DNA of 60,479 nt, the filler included. It is 6 parts of 6 records of this genome, joined end to end, with 100 filler letters (N's around TTAATTAATTAA, not from the genome) between each part and the next. Parts side by side here need not be neighbours in the genome. Positions count along the whole stretch, not along the records: positions 12,860 to 21,907 come from SRR31156797_23435; positions 22,008 to 32,842 come from SRR31156797_23459; 4 more parts are not named here. The stretch is one strand, 5' to 3'. The translations under genes and the position numbers were made by a program. Below the pieces are notes generated by a model that was not told the DNA's origin, ran no database searches, and saw only the letters and a program-made list of their open reading frames with translations. Positions 18,828 to 28,027 of this stretch are shown here, in pieces (position 1 is the stretch's first letter; every line of letters begins with the position of its first letter).

Positions 18828-19844
18828 TCAATTTACTTGTTTTTTCCTTTTCTTCTTGTTTTGCATCTGGTCTAAATTCAGGAACGGTAATGGTGATGCT
18901 GCATTGGGATCAACTATCAGCATATGGTTTCCATTCTGAAGTTCTTTCAACGCTTTCATACTTTCTAATTTAATATACCCGTCCAGAGACACCGCATCAA
19001 TGATTTCCTTTTTTGCTTCGGCTTCCGCATGGGCTTTAACCAGGACTGCCTGGGCATCAACCTTTGCAGCTTCCAGTCTTGCATTCGCGGCAATCAACAT
19101 AACTTCTTTCTTTTTGTTTGCTTCTATCAGCTCCGCCCTTTTTTCAGCTTCAGCCTGAGCTTCCTTTCTTTCCTGGTCTACCTTGAACTTTTTAAGCTCC
19201 TCTTTTGCCTTTTCCGCTGCCTGCGCGGCTTCTTTTTTTCTGATTACCGCATTTGTGATTATCTTTGGCAATACAACTTCTCTAATCAGCAGTTTCTCTA
19301 TTTTGATACCCTTTTCGCTTAGCGTTAACAGGCCCGATAATAATTCTTCCTGTATTCGCTGCTGGACACTTTGATCATAAAACATCTCTGCCGTTTTTAC
19401 ACTTTTTCCTATTTCTCTCATCCGGCTTCTTAAAAACGGTATCATATGAACATCGATAACTTCTTTGGGGGTACCTGTTTCTTTCAGCATTGATGGCGCT
19501 TTTTCTTTGATCAGTCGATACTGGAGTGACAATTCGAATGTTGTTATTAGCTGATCCTTGCTGGGAACACCCATGGATTCTTTATGGGTCTTCTGTCTTG
19601 CATCAAATAATGTTACTTTTAAAAAGGGATTTATAAAATGCATACCTTCAGAAAATGTTTCAGGCTGTACTTTCCCGAAAATAGTTCCTACGCCAACATG
19701 CCCTGCCGGAATTGTGGTGATGCAATTGAATGCGAGTATCAAAAAAACAACACCAATCGCACATAAAAGGAATGCTTTTATTCCAAATCTTCCCGATTTC
19801 ATAAGTAGATCATCATTCATACTATACCCTTTGTCCTTTATCAT
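18828..19844 (-). CDS. SPFH/Band-7 (prohibitin-like) membrane protein
   Basis: N-terminal TM, IPAGHVGV, EGMHFINPF, PSKDQL, AEA-rich coiled coil. Clearly more AT-rich than its neighbours. Start is 19844 or 19820. Confidence 0.9.
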   Translation of the reverse strand: MIKDKGYSMNDDLLMKSGRFGIKAFLLCAIGVVFLILAFNCITTIPAGHVGVGTIFGKVQPETFSEGMHFINPFLKVTLFDARQKTHKESMGVPSKDQLITTFELSLQYRLIKEKAPSMLKETGTPKEVIDVHMIPFLRSRMREIGKSVKTAEMFYDQSVQQRIQEELLSGLLTLSEKGIKIEKLLIREVVLPKIITNAVIRKKEAAQAAEKAKEELKKFKVDQERKEAQAEAEKRAELIEANKKKEVMLIAANARLEAAKVDAQAVLVKAHAEAEAKKEIIDAVSLDGYIKLESMKALKELQNGNHMLIVDPNAASPLPFLNLDQMQNKKKRKKQVN

Positions 19845-19867
19845 TGAGTAATGGTTAGGGGTAAACG

Positions 19868-19907
19868 CTCCGCCATAAAAAATCCTTTAGTTATCAGTGC
19901 CGGGGCA
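19868..19907. repeat. direct repeat copy B (phaZ 3' end + orphan RBS/start)
   Basis: Matches 18782-18821 and overlaps the phaZ stop codon. Confidence 0.92.
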
Positions 19908-21863
19908 TTTTCCCCGCTGGTAGTAACCGGTACCGGCTTCCCCCTGTACAAGGGTTGTGGTATCCGTCCCCCTGCCCAGGGGGGCATTTGATCCTGCCGC
20001 ATAATAGAAGTAGGTAAACCCGAAGGGAAAGGCAAATGACAAGGAGCTCCATGCCCTTTCTTCATTTTTATGGACAGCGTTGGTCGCGGTCCAGTCTTCA
20101 CATTCGTCGGCGGGCGCCTCAGGTCTGGCGGTCGGGATATTTTCGGCATCCAGGCACCATACCGTACCATCCTCAGTGCCATAGATCGTAAAATGCTCGG
20201 AAACGCCATACTCCCTGTTGAGGTCGACATAGCTCTTATCGCAAAGCCCCCAGCTGTTTGAGGGGGCGTCAGGATAGTGCTCGTTGGGGTACATGGCGTA
20301 ATGGGAGATCAAGTTGATGGTGTTTCCCGACTTTTGCCGATAGGGAGGGGGAATGTTGATCTCAACCTTCCCGGTATAAGCGATACAGCCGTCATCATCG
20401 ATCACTTTTGCAATGGCCGTGTGGTTGCCGTAATTCAAACCGCACGTTTTGTATTGCCAGCTTGTCGTACCGTCCGCTTTTTCAAAATTTCCCGAATCAA
20501 CCTGTACGTAAACCCCCTCGAAGGGTTGCGCGCCTTGATTTGCTTCCCCGGAAAGAAGGATGCCGGTGCAGTCATTCGCTACAACCGCTTCCTGTTGCAG
20601 GATGGCGATGGATAACGGCGCAGAAGGCGTCCCCACCCTGACAGGATCACTCTCAACAGTGGTTGACCCGGGCGGCGTTTGGGAATCGGCGGCCACAATT
20701 ACCGCAACATAGGCCCTGTCATTGATCGGCCATCCGATGCTATGGGAAAAAGTGCCGTCATTATTCAAGCTGCCGACGATCTCTTCCTCTGGGATGACAA
20801 CGTTTTCCTTGTCGCAATTGTCGAGGAACTTGATTTTCAAGCTTGAAATCCCATCGCCAGGGTCCGGATCCGTTGCCGTGCCTGTCACCTCGATCCCAGA
20901 ACCATTCTGCCGGATACTGGTAATCCGTACTTCCGGTGCCTGGTTCCTGTTGACCCGTTGATTGTTTTCCATGAAGAACCTGGCAAGGTACGCCCCATAA
21001 TTGAATCCTGAACCGTCAACATAGGCGCCCGACGCACCTTCACCCCCCGGCCACGCATGGCCGACATGGTTCAGTTTAACCATGGAAACCGCAACAGACC
21101 CATTCTCGCTCCAGGTTGTAATGGTTCCTTCAGGAATCGTTTCCACGCTTCCATCCTCTTGCGCCCCATAGATTTTTGCCATGGCCCCGGCGTTTTGAGG
21201 GGCATAGTGCTGATTAACCGTATTATCGCTTGTTCCATATGCTGTCGATGTGATCTGGGTGTCAAAGAATGACGTGTCTGCTCCTGCCAGTTCCTGACAA
21301 GCCCGCACCGTGGAATCCACGCTACCACAAAAACGGGATATTGCACAAGAGGAGTCCGTGCCGGCGCTTGGCCCCGCGTCAATCCCCATGCCGGCAAATA
21401 TGTCGGGCATCATGCACCCGACATTCATGGTAAAGGCTCCCCCGGAACTTAAACCTGCGATATACACCTGCTCTTTGTCGATATTCAGTTCCGGTCGCCC
21501 GGTCAGTTCCTCAACCAGCCCGCGAATATTCCGGTAATCCCGTGAAATCCTGTTTTTGGGAACGGACCAATATCCCCAGCACCCGAATCCTTCCTTATGC
21601 ATGGCCTCCGGCAGGGCCACAACCATTCCGTATGTTTCAGATGCCGCTGCCCATTTCGCCCCCTTCATGTCCTCATTGGTCTGGGCACACCCATGCAAGG
21701 CAATCAGCAAAGAACGACCGGAGCCGATTGGGGACACCGACTCCGGTGTATAAATATAAACCTGGCTGAACCCGCCGGCGGATTCACTCTGCCATGTCCC
21801 GGCATTACCAACGCCTGTACAAAGAAGCAGTGCCACGGATACGATAAATATGGCTTTTTTCAT
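19887..21863 (-). CDS. phaZ: secreted poly(3-hydroxybutyrate) depolymerase-family esterase with Ig-like linkers and a C-terminal polymer-binding domain
   Basis: Signal peptide from ATG 21863 (SD GGGGGAG), LHGC.Q oxyanion, YIAGLSSGG lipase box, GHAWPGG His. C-terminus C..WTATN..H....RA...YAAGSN..LG...TTL...GYY..G.CP resembles the PHB substrate-binding domain. Confidence 0.85.
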   Translation of the reverse strand: MKKAIFIVSVALLLCTGVGNAGTWQSESAGGFSQVYIYTPESVSPIGSGRSLLIALHGCAQTNEDMKGAKWAAASETYGMVVALPEAMHKEGFGCWGYWSVPKNRISRDYRNIRGLVEELTGRPELNIDKEQVYIAGLSSGGAFTMNVGCMMPDIFAGMGIDAGPSAGTDSSCAISRFCGSVDSTVRACQELAGADTSFFDTQITSTAYGTSDNTVNQHYAPQNAGAMAKIYGAQEDGSVETIPEGTITTWSENGSVAVSMVKLNHVGHAWPGGEGASGAYVDGSGFNYGAYLARFFMENNQRVNRNQAPEVRITSIRQNGSGIEVTGTATDPDPGDGISSLKIKFLDNCDKENVVIPEEEIVGSLNNDGTFSHSIGWPINDRAYVAVIVAADSQTPPGSTTVESDPVRVGTPSAPLSIAILQQEAVVANDCTGILLSGEANQGAQPFEGVYVQVDSGNFEKADGTTSWQYKTCGLNYGNHTAIAKVIDDDGCIAYTGKVEINIPPPYRQKSGNTINLISHYAMYPNEHYPDAPSNSWGLCDKSYVDLNREYGVSEHFTIYGTEDGTVWCLDAENIPTARPEAPADECEDWTATNAVHKNEERAWSSLSFAFPFGFTYFYYAAGSNAPLGRGTDTTTLVQGEAGTGYYQRGKCPGTDN

Positions 21864-21907
21864 CTCTCCCCCTTTAAGCTGAAGCCTTTGCGGTTTATCC
21901 ACAGGGG

Positions 21908-22007
21908 NNNNNNNNNNNNNNNNNNNNNNNNNNNNNNNNNNNNNNNNNNNNTTAATTAATTAANNNNNNNNNNNNNNNNNNNNNNNNNNNNNNNNNNNNN
22001 NNNNNNN
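21908..22007. other. artificial contig spacer
   Basis: 44 N + TTAATTAATTAA + 44 N. Confidence 0.98.
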
Positions 22008-22483
22008 GACACCCTGTCGGCGATCTCCCGTACGGCTTCACGCTTGGCAGCCTCATCTGAGACGTTGGCGTTGGAAACGGTATAGACCTCGCTTTCGGAA
22101 AAATTCCGCACGGACCAGACCGTTTCACCATCTTTACTGACCACGTCAAGGTCAAGCACCGCACTCACCCGCCGTTCCACAACAGCATCATCCGCGGTTC
22201 GGGTAAGCCCCCCAAGGGTGATAGACTTGATGGTTCCAAGGATCACAGCTTCCGCCTTATCCCTGTCCACCACCACGGCATCGCTGCTCTGAACCAACTC
22301 GGTCATAAGGGCAGAGGTAAATACCGTTTCAGCCCCGGTTTCAAAACTGCGATTCTCAAACATCGCAACCGCAACCCGGGTCACATTGCCCGGAAGAGGC
22401 CCTCCCCCGGAGAGCCTGTATCCGCAGCCGGCAACAACGATAGACAGAACAACAACGATGTAGACCAACCGTTTTTCTATCAT
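22008..22483 (-). CDS. lptE: LPS assembly lipoprotein LptE (3' truncated)
   Basis: Lipobox VAGCGY, FEN.S.E motif. Conserved position after leuS. Confidence 0.85.
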
Positions 22484-22484
22484 T

Positions 22485-25076
22485 TTAAATCACTATGTTG
22501 ACGAGTTTTTTCTTAACTACGATCACCTTTTTAATCGGCTTGCCGTCGATGTGCTTCTGAACCTGCTCATCCCCGAGGGCCTTCTCCCGGAGAATATCAT
22601 CGGAAGCAGAGGCATCAACAGTGAACTTCGCCCGCAGCTTGCCGTTGACCTGAACCACAATGAGCACCTCGTCGGTCACAAGGGCGTCCTCCCTGTATTC
22701 GGGCCAGGGCTGGTCAACAATGCTCGGTTCATTACCCATGATCGCCCACAGTTCTTCGGCAAAATGGGGAACGATGGGAGACAGGAGCAGCACGATATTC
22801 CTGGAACAGAAGAGAGCCACCTCTTTCATCCGGGGATCGCCGGAATCGATATCGGCGGCATACATGGCATTGACAAGCTCCATGACAGCGGAGATGGCCG
22901 TATTGAAGTGAAAGCTCTCCTCGATATCATCGGTCACTTTCTTGATGGTCTGGTTCGCCTTGATGTAGAGCTTCTTAGCGTCCCCTTCAAGACCGGAGAC
23001 AGGACCGGTATAGGGAGAGAGGCCTTCGGCACCCTCCATGGTACGGCCCACGAGCCGCCACACCCGGTTGACGAAGCGATGACAACCCTCGACGCCGTCG
23101 TCGTTCCACTCAAGATCCCTTTCAGGCGGAGCGGCAAACAGACAGAAGAGCCTTGTGATGTCGGCACCGTAGCTGGCAAGCAGCTGGTTGGGATCAATGA
23201 CGTTCTTTTTTGATTTGGACATCTTGATAACCCGACCCACCTCGACATCGCAGTTGCAGTGCTTGCAGACAAGTTTACCGTCGACTTCCACTGCATCCTC
23301 GGGAAAGATGAATCCATCCTGGGCACAGGTCATGGTTTCCTTGCACACCATGCCCTGGGTAAGAAGCCGCTCAAAGGGCTCCTTGAAATCGATGAGCCCA
23401 AGGGTATTGAGGACCCGCATGAAGTACCGGGAATAAAGCAGATGGAGAATGGCGTGCTCAACTCCGCCGATATACTGGTCCACGGGCATCCAGTAGGAAA
23501 CGGCTTCAGGGTCGAACATACCCGTCTCGCACCGGGGACTGCAGTACCGCGCAAAATACCAGGAAGACTCCACAAAGGTATCCATGGTATCGGTCTCCCG
23601 CCGTGCATCCTCCCTTCCGCAGGAAGGACAGGCAACCCGGGTGAACTCCTCGAGGCCCGGAAGCGGAGAGCCGCCGTTTTCAAGAAGATCCGCATCCTCG
23701 GGCAGGGTCACCGGAAGCTGATCGTCCGAAACAGGCACGATGCCGCAGTCGGGACAATGAACCACCGGAATGGGCGTTCCCCAGTAGCGCTGGCGGGAAA
23801 TACCCCAGTCCCGGAGACGGAAACTGACAGTGGTTTTCCCCATCCCCTGCTCTTCAAGCCAGGTGGTGATCGCCTCCATGGCCTCGACATTGCCGGTACC
23901 GCTGAAGTCACCGGAATCCACCAGAACGCCCTGGTCGGTGTACGCCTCTTCCATGGTTGCGGGATCGAGGGTTTCCCCCTTGGGCTGGATCACCACCTTG
24001 ATATCAAGGCCGTACTTTTTGGCAAAATCGAAATCGCGCTGATCATGGGCCGGAACAGACATCACGGCACCGGTTCCGTACTCCATCAGGGCGAAGTTGG
24101 CCGTGTAGATGGGCATCTTTTGCCCCGATGCCGGATTAATGCACCAGGCGCCGGTGAAAACACCTTCCTTTTCATACTTCTCAAGGGCGCTTGTGGAGCG
24201 CTCCTGGTTCAGAATTCGCTGGACAAAGCCGGCAACCGCCTCCTCCTGGTCGGTCCCCTTGGAGAGGGTCTCCACCAGGGGATGCTCCGGCGCAAGACAC
24301 ATGAAGGTCGAACCGAACAGGGTGTCGGGCCGGGTCGTAAAAACCGCGATCTCCTCATCCCGTCCCTCAACACGGAACTTGATCTCGGAACCGTGGCTCT
24401 TGCCGATCCAGTTCCGCTGCATCCGGGTCACCTTGTCCGGCCATCCGGGCAGTTCATCGCAATGAACGAGAAGATCCTCTGCAAAATCAGTAATCCTGAA
24501 AAACCACTGCCACAGTTTTTTCTGCTGAACCGGCTTTCCGCACCGCCAGCAGCAATCCTGCTCCACCTGTTCGTTGGCAAGGACGGTCTGACAGGTCTCG
24601 CACCAGTTCACATAGGATTCCTTGCGGTAGACCATGTCCTTCTCGAGCATCTTCAGAAACAGCCACTGCTCCCATCTGTAATATTCCGGCCGGCAGGTTG
24701 CGATCTCCCGGTCCCAGTCGTAGGAGAACCCCATCTTTTTAAGCTGGGCCCGCATGGTGCGGATGTTTTCATAGGTCCAGGCCGCGGGATGGGTATTGTT
24801 GTCGATGGCTGCATTCTCGGCCGGCATGCCAAAGGCGTCCCACCCCATGGGATGGAGCACGTTGAATCCCTTCATCCGTTTGTACCGGGCAACGACATCG
24901 CCAATAGTATAGTTTCTGACGTGGCCCATATGGATCTTACCCGAGGGATAGGGAAACATCTCCAGCAGATAGTATTTCTGTTTTGACCTGTCCTCCACCG
25001 TCTTGAACGTCTGATGTTGATTCCAGTACTCCTGCCAGACCGGCTCAACTTTTTCTGGGTTGTAGCGCTCCTCCAT
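22485..25076 (-). CDS. leuS: leucine--tRNA ligase
   Basis: [44 protein letters not shown]. Confidence 0.99.
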   Translation of the reverse strand: MEERYNPEKVEPVWQEYWNQHQTFKTVEDRSKQKYYLLEMFPYPSGKIHMGHVRNYTIGDVVARYKRMKGFNVLHPMGWDAFGMPAENAAIDNNTHPAAWTYENIRTMRAQLKKMGFSYDWDREIATCRPEYYRWEQWLFLKMLEKDMVYRKESYVNWCETCQTVLANEQVEQDCCWRCGKPVQQKKLWQWFFRITDFAEDLLVHCDELPGWPDKVTRMQRNWIGKSHGSEIKFRVEGRDEEIAVFTTRPDTLFGSTFMCLAPEHPLVETLSKGTDQEEAVAGFVQRILNQERSTSALEKYEKEGVFTGAWCINPASGQKMPIYTANFALMEYGTGAVMSVPAHDQRDFDFAKKYGLDIKVVIQPKGETLDPATMEEAYTDQGVLVDSGDFSGTGNVEAMEAITTWLEEQGMGKTTVSFRLRDWGISRQRYWGTPIPVVHCPDCGIVPVSDDQLPVTLPEDADLLENGGSPLPGLEEFTRVACPSCGREDARRETDTMDTFVESSWYFARYCSPRCETGMFDPEAVSYWMPVDQYIGGVEHAILHLLYSRYFMRVLNTLGLIDFKEPFERLLTQGMVCKETMTCAQDGFIFPEDAVEVDGKLVCKHCNCDVEVGRVIKMSKSKKNVIDPNQLLASYGADITRLFCLFAAPPERDLEWNDDGVEGCHRFVNRVWRLVGRTMEGAEGLSPYTGPVSGLEGDAKKLYIKANQTIKKVTDDIEESFHFNTAISAVMELVNAMYAADIDSGDPRMKEVALFCSRNIVLLLSPIVPHFAEELWAIMGNEPSIVDQPWPEYREDALVTDEVLIVVQVNGKLRAKFTVDASASDDILREKALGDEQVQKHIDGKPIKKVIVVKKKLVNIVI

Positions 25077-25198
25077 GATATACGATTACCTCCGAAAATC
25101 AGAATATTTTCCTACAAATAGTTATCATTAAAAGGATTATAAATGCCACACTATCCGGGAAATAGCAAGACTGGTCGACCCGGAATCGATAAAATAAT

Positions 25199-25227
25199 TT
25201 GACTTGAGCCTCTCGATCGAATAGTTT
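25199..25227 (+). promoter_or_regulatory. sigma70-type promoter for the RNase E/G gene
   Basis: TTGACT, 17 nt, TAGTTT. Confidence 0.5.
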
Positions 25228-25300
25228 AAAGAGTTACTGAAAAATATTCACCAGAACTAACCCTGTTTAAATCATAGGAGGAGGCTAAAAGACACTTTTA

Positions 25301-26764
25301 ATGACCAGAAAGATACTCATCAACGCTCTGGATTCGGACGAATGCAGAATCGTTGGCATCAAAGACAACAAACTGGAAGAGTTTCACCTCGAAACAACCG
25401 CCAGGAAGGTAACCCAGGGGAATATATACAAGGCAACGATCACCCGGGTCGAACCTAGCCTGCAAGCGGTATTTGTCGATTATGGCGCGGAAAAAAACGG
25501 ATTCCTGCAGAAGCAGGAGATCCACAGCGACTATTTTCTGGACAGCGACTCTGGAGACCGAAGCTTTGCAAAGCTTGTAAAAAAGGGACAGGAGCTCATT
25601 GTCCAGGTGACCAAGGACCCCATCATGCACAAGGGTGCAATGCTCACGACATACATTTCCCTGCCGGGTCGCCTGTCGGTTCTCATGCCCGGAAGCACCA
25701 CCCGGGGGGTCTCGCGCCAGATCAACGACGAGGAGGAACGCAAACGGCTCAAGGGAATCACCGAAAAGCTGAAACTGCCCGAAGGGTTCGGCCTCATCGT
25801 AAGGACCGCCGGGCGCAATGCCACAAAAACCATGCTGACCCAGGATATGCGGTACCTCATGCGGGCATGGAAAGAGATCAACAAAAAAGCCATCAAAAAC
25901 GCAACCCCTTCCCTTCTCTACAAGGAGCAGAACCTCGCCGTCCGATCCCTGAGGGATTATTTCACCCCGGATGTCACCGAGATCCTCATCGATGATCCTG
26001 AAGTCTTTAGAGAAGTAAAGGATTTCATGAAGATCATCGCCCCCAAGCAGGAGAAGATCGTCAAACAGTTCAAGGGGGAAAAACCGATCTTCACCAAATA
26101 CCAGATCGAAGATCAGATCGCTTCCATCTTCCAGACCAAGGCTCCCTTGAAGTCCGGCGGCGCCATCGTTATCGACCAGACGGAAGCCCTGGTGGCCATT
26201 GACGTGAACTCGGGGAAATCCACGGGAAGAAAGAACATCGAGCAGACAGCCTACCACACCAACCTCGAAGCCGCCGAAGAGGTGGCACGCCAGTTGAGGC
26301 TCCGTGACATGGGCGGCCTGATCGTGATCGATTTCATCGACATGAAGGAGAAGAAACACAAGTCCGAGGTCACCAAGACCCTGAAACGGTGCCTCAAATC
26401 GGACAAGGCCAAGACAAAGGTCGGGGGGATATCCGCCTTCGGACTGGTGGAGATGTCCCGCCAGAAGATCCGGTCGGCCATCACCTTTGGCAGCTTCAAC
26501 ACCTGCCCCCACTGCCAGGGACGGGGAATCGTTCCAAATATCGAAACCCTGGGCCTGGCCTTCATGCGTAAACTGAGCCTTGAAACCATCAAGGCGGAGG
26601 GCAAACAGGTTAAAGCGCTGCTTCCTGAAAAGGTAGCCTACTACCTTCTCAATAAAAAGCGGGAAGAGATCATGAATATCGAAGCCAGACGCAATGTCAC
26701 CATCTGCATCGAGAGCGATTCATCAATGATCCCGGGCGAAAGCAAAATCATCTGTGACTCTTGA
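25301..26764 (+). CDS. Rne/Rng family ribonuclease (catalytic domain only, no long C-terminal scaffold)
   Basis: GNIYK..I.RVEPSLQA.FVDYG, AIDVNSG, LRD.GGLIVIDFIDM, CPHC.G.G zinc link. Confidence 0.96.
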   Translation: MTRKILINALDSDECRIVGIKDNKLEEFHLETTARKVTQGNIYKATITRVEPSLQAVFVDYGAEKNGFLQKQEIHSDYFLDSDSGDRSFAKLVKKGQELIVQVTKDPIMHKGAMLTTYISLPGRLSVLMPGSTTRGVSRQINDEEERKRLKGITEKLKLPEGFGLIVRTAGRNATKTMLTQDMRYLMRAWKEINKKAIKNATPSLLYKEQNLAVRSLRDYFTPDVTEILIDDPEVFREVKDFMKIIAPKQEKIVKQFKGEKPIFTKYQIEDQIASIFQTKAPLKSGGAIVIDQTEALVAIDVNSGKSTGRKNIEQTAYHTNLEAAEEVARQLRLRDMGGLIVIDFIDMKEKKHKSEVTKTLKRCLKSDKAKTKVGGISAFGLVEMSRQKIRSAITFGSFNTCPHCQGRGIVPNIETLGLAFMRKLSLETIKAEGKQVKALLPEKVAYYLLNKKREEIMNIEARRNVTICIESDSSMIPGESKIICDS

Positions 26765-26822
26765 CATACATTTCTGTTTTGTGTATCTGAAACAGGGGTG
26801 ACCAGACTTGCAAGGAGCTTCC

Positions 26823-27647
26823 ATGCCTCGAAAACAAGGGACTAACACGATTAAACGGGTTAAGATTTCAGCGGTTGCAGCGATGGTGATTGCCGGAATT
26901 CTGGCCTGGAGCAGTTTCAGGGAACCCCCGGAAAAAATGAGGACCGAAAGTGTCGAACAGAGCGTTCCCGAAGTTTACCCGAAGGAAGACAGCGACATGG
27001 TGGTCTCCGGAACCATTGAACAGCTTCCCGAGATTGATTATACCGAACTTGATAAGGGGAAAGAGCTCACCCGGCTCATGGACAAGAGAAAAGAGGAGCT
27101 GGGGGTCAACGACAGCCTTGACATGATCGTCAAATCCGATGAATCGTTCAAGGTGGGCAAGACCACCGTCTCCATGCGGGACATCCTTGAAAAAAGCTTC
27201 AGAAAGGACAGCAAGGTCTTTGAAGAACGGATCAGGGAGTCGGGAGCGGTTGAGCCGGAAATCACCGACCGGTACGGCATCTATGTCGTCCAGCCCGGTG
27301 ACAACATCTGGAACGTCCATTTCAGGATCATCCAGGAGCACTACCAGACCCGGGGAGTCGCCGTGTCGACCAAGGCGGACGAACCCCTGAACTCGGGGTA
27401 CAGTTCCGGCATTGGTCGGTTGCTGAAGTTCTCTGAAAACATGGTGATCATTTACAATCTGCTTGAGAAGAAAGTTTCAGCGGACATCAATCTGCTGGAA
27501 CCGCTCAGCAAGGTTGTCGTTTATAACATGAATGAAGTATTTGCTCTCTTAGAAGAGATAAACTATGACGATGTGGATAAAATCCGGTTCGACGGTGAAA
27601 CGATCTGGATTCCCGCACAACAGCCTCAGGAAAAGGCTAATAACTAA
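26823..27647 (+). CDS. membrane-anchored hypothetical protein with a LysM-like motif
   Basis: N-terminal TM and YVVQPGDNIWN. ATG at 26823 after AAGGAG. Confidence 0.75.
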   Translation: MPRKQGTNTIKRVKISAVAAMVIAGILAWSSFREPPEKMRTESVEQSVPEVYPKEDSDMVVSGTIEQLPEIDYTELDKGKELTRLMDKRKEELGVNDSLDMIVKSDESFKVGKTTVSMRDILEKSFRKDSKVFEERIRESGAVEPEITDRYGIYVVQPGDNIWNVHFRIIQEHYQTRGVAVSTKADEPLNSGYSSGIGRLLKFSENMVIIYNLLEKKVSADINLLEPLSKVVVYNMNEVFALLEEINYDDVDKIRFDGETIWIPAQQPQEKANN

Positions 27648-27658
27648 GGAGGATTTTT

Positions 27659-28006
27659 TTGATCGATACAGCGTTTGCAATGGGACAGGCCGGAGCACAG
27701 GGAGGGCAGTCAGGTGGAATTACAGCATTTGTCCCCCTCATCCTTATGTTCGTTATTTTCTATTTTCTGCTCATCAGGCCCCAGCAGAAAAAAGCGAAAG
27801 AACACCAGGAAATGATCAACAACCTGAAAAAAGGAGACCGAATCATCACCTCGGGCGGCATCCACGGTACCATCACCTCCCTTGACGACACCACCATCAC
27901 CCTTGAGATTGCCGACAGCGTCAAGATCAAGATCAACCGTGGCAATGTGGGTGGAACCATGCAAGGGTCAGCCCCCCAGAAAAAAGATAAGAAAAAAAAT
28001 AAATAA
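27659..28006 (+). CDS. yajC: preprotein translocase subunit YajC
   Basis: FYFLLIRPQQK, LKKGD.I.T.GG..G. TTG start after AAGGAGG. Confidence 0.97.
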   Translation: MIDTAFAMGQAGAQGGQSGGITAFVPLILMFVIFYFLLIRPQQKKAKEHQEMINNLKKGDRIITSGGIHGTITSLDDTTITLEIADSVKIKINRGNVGGTMQGSAPQKKDKKKNK

Positions 28007-28027
28007 ACCGGATCAGGAGCAATTAGC

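Noticed and set aside
18782-19907. Integron attC cassette explanation for the SPFH insert
   Set aside because: I found no RYYYAAC...GTTRRRY inverted structure and no integrase. The flanks are direct repeats.
23259-24986. Long antisense ORFs (575 aa here; also 10057-11301, 16170-17417, 25298-26512, 43780-44733)
   Set aside because: These are shadow frames of well-supported GC-rich genes with no recognisable motifs.
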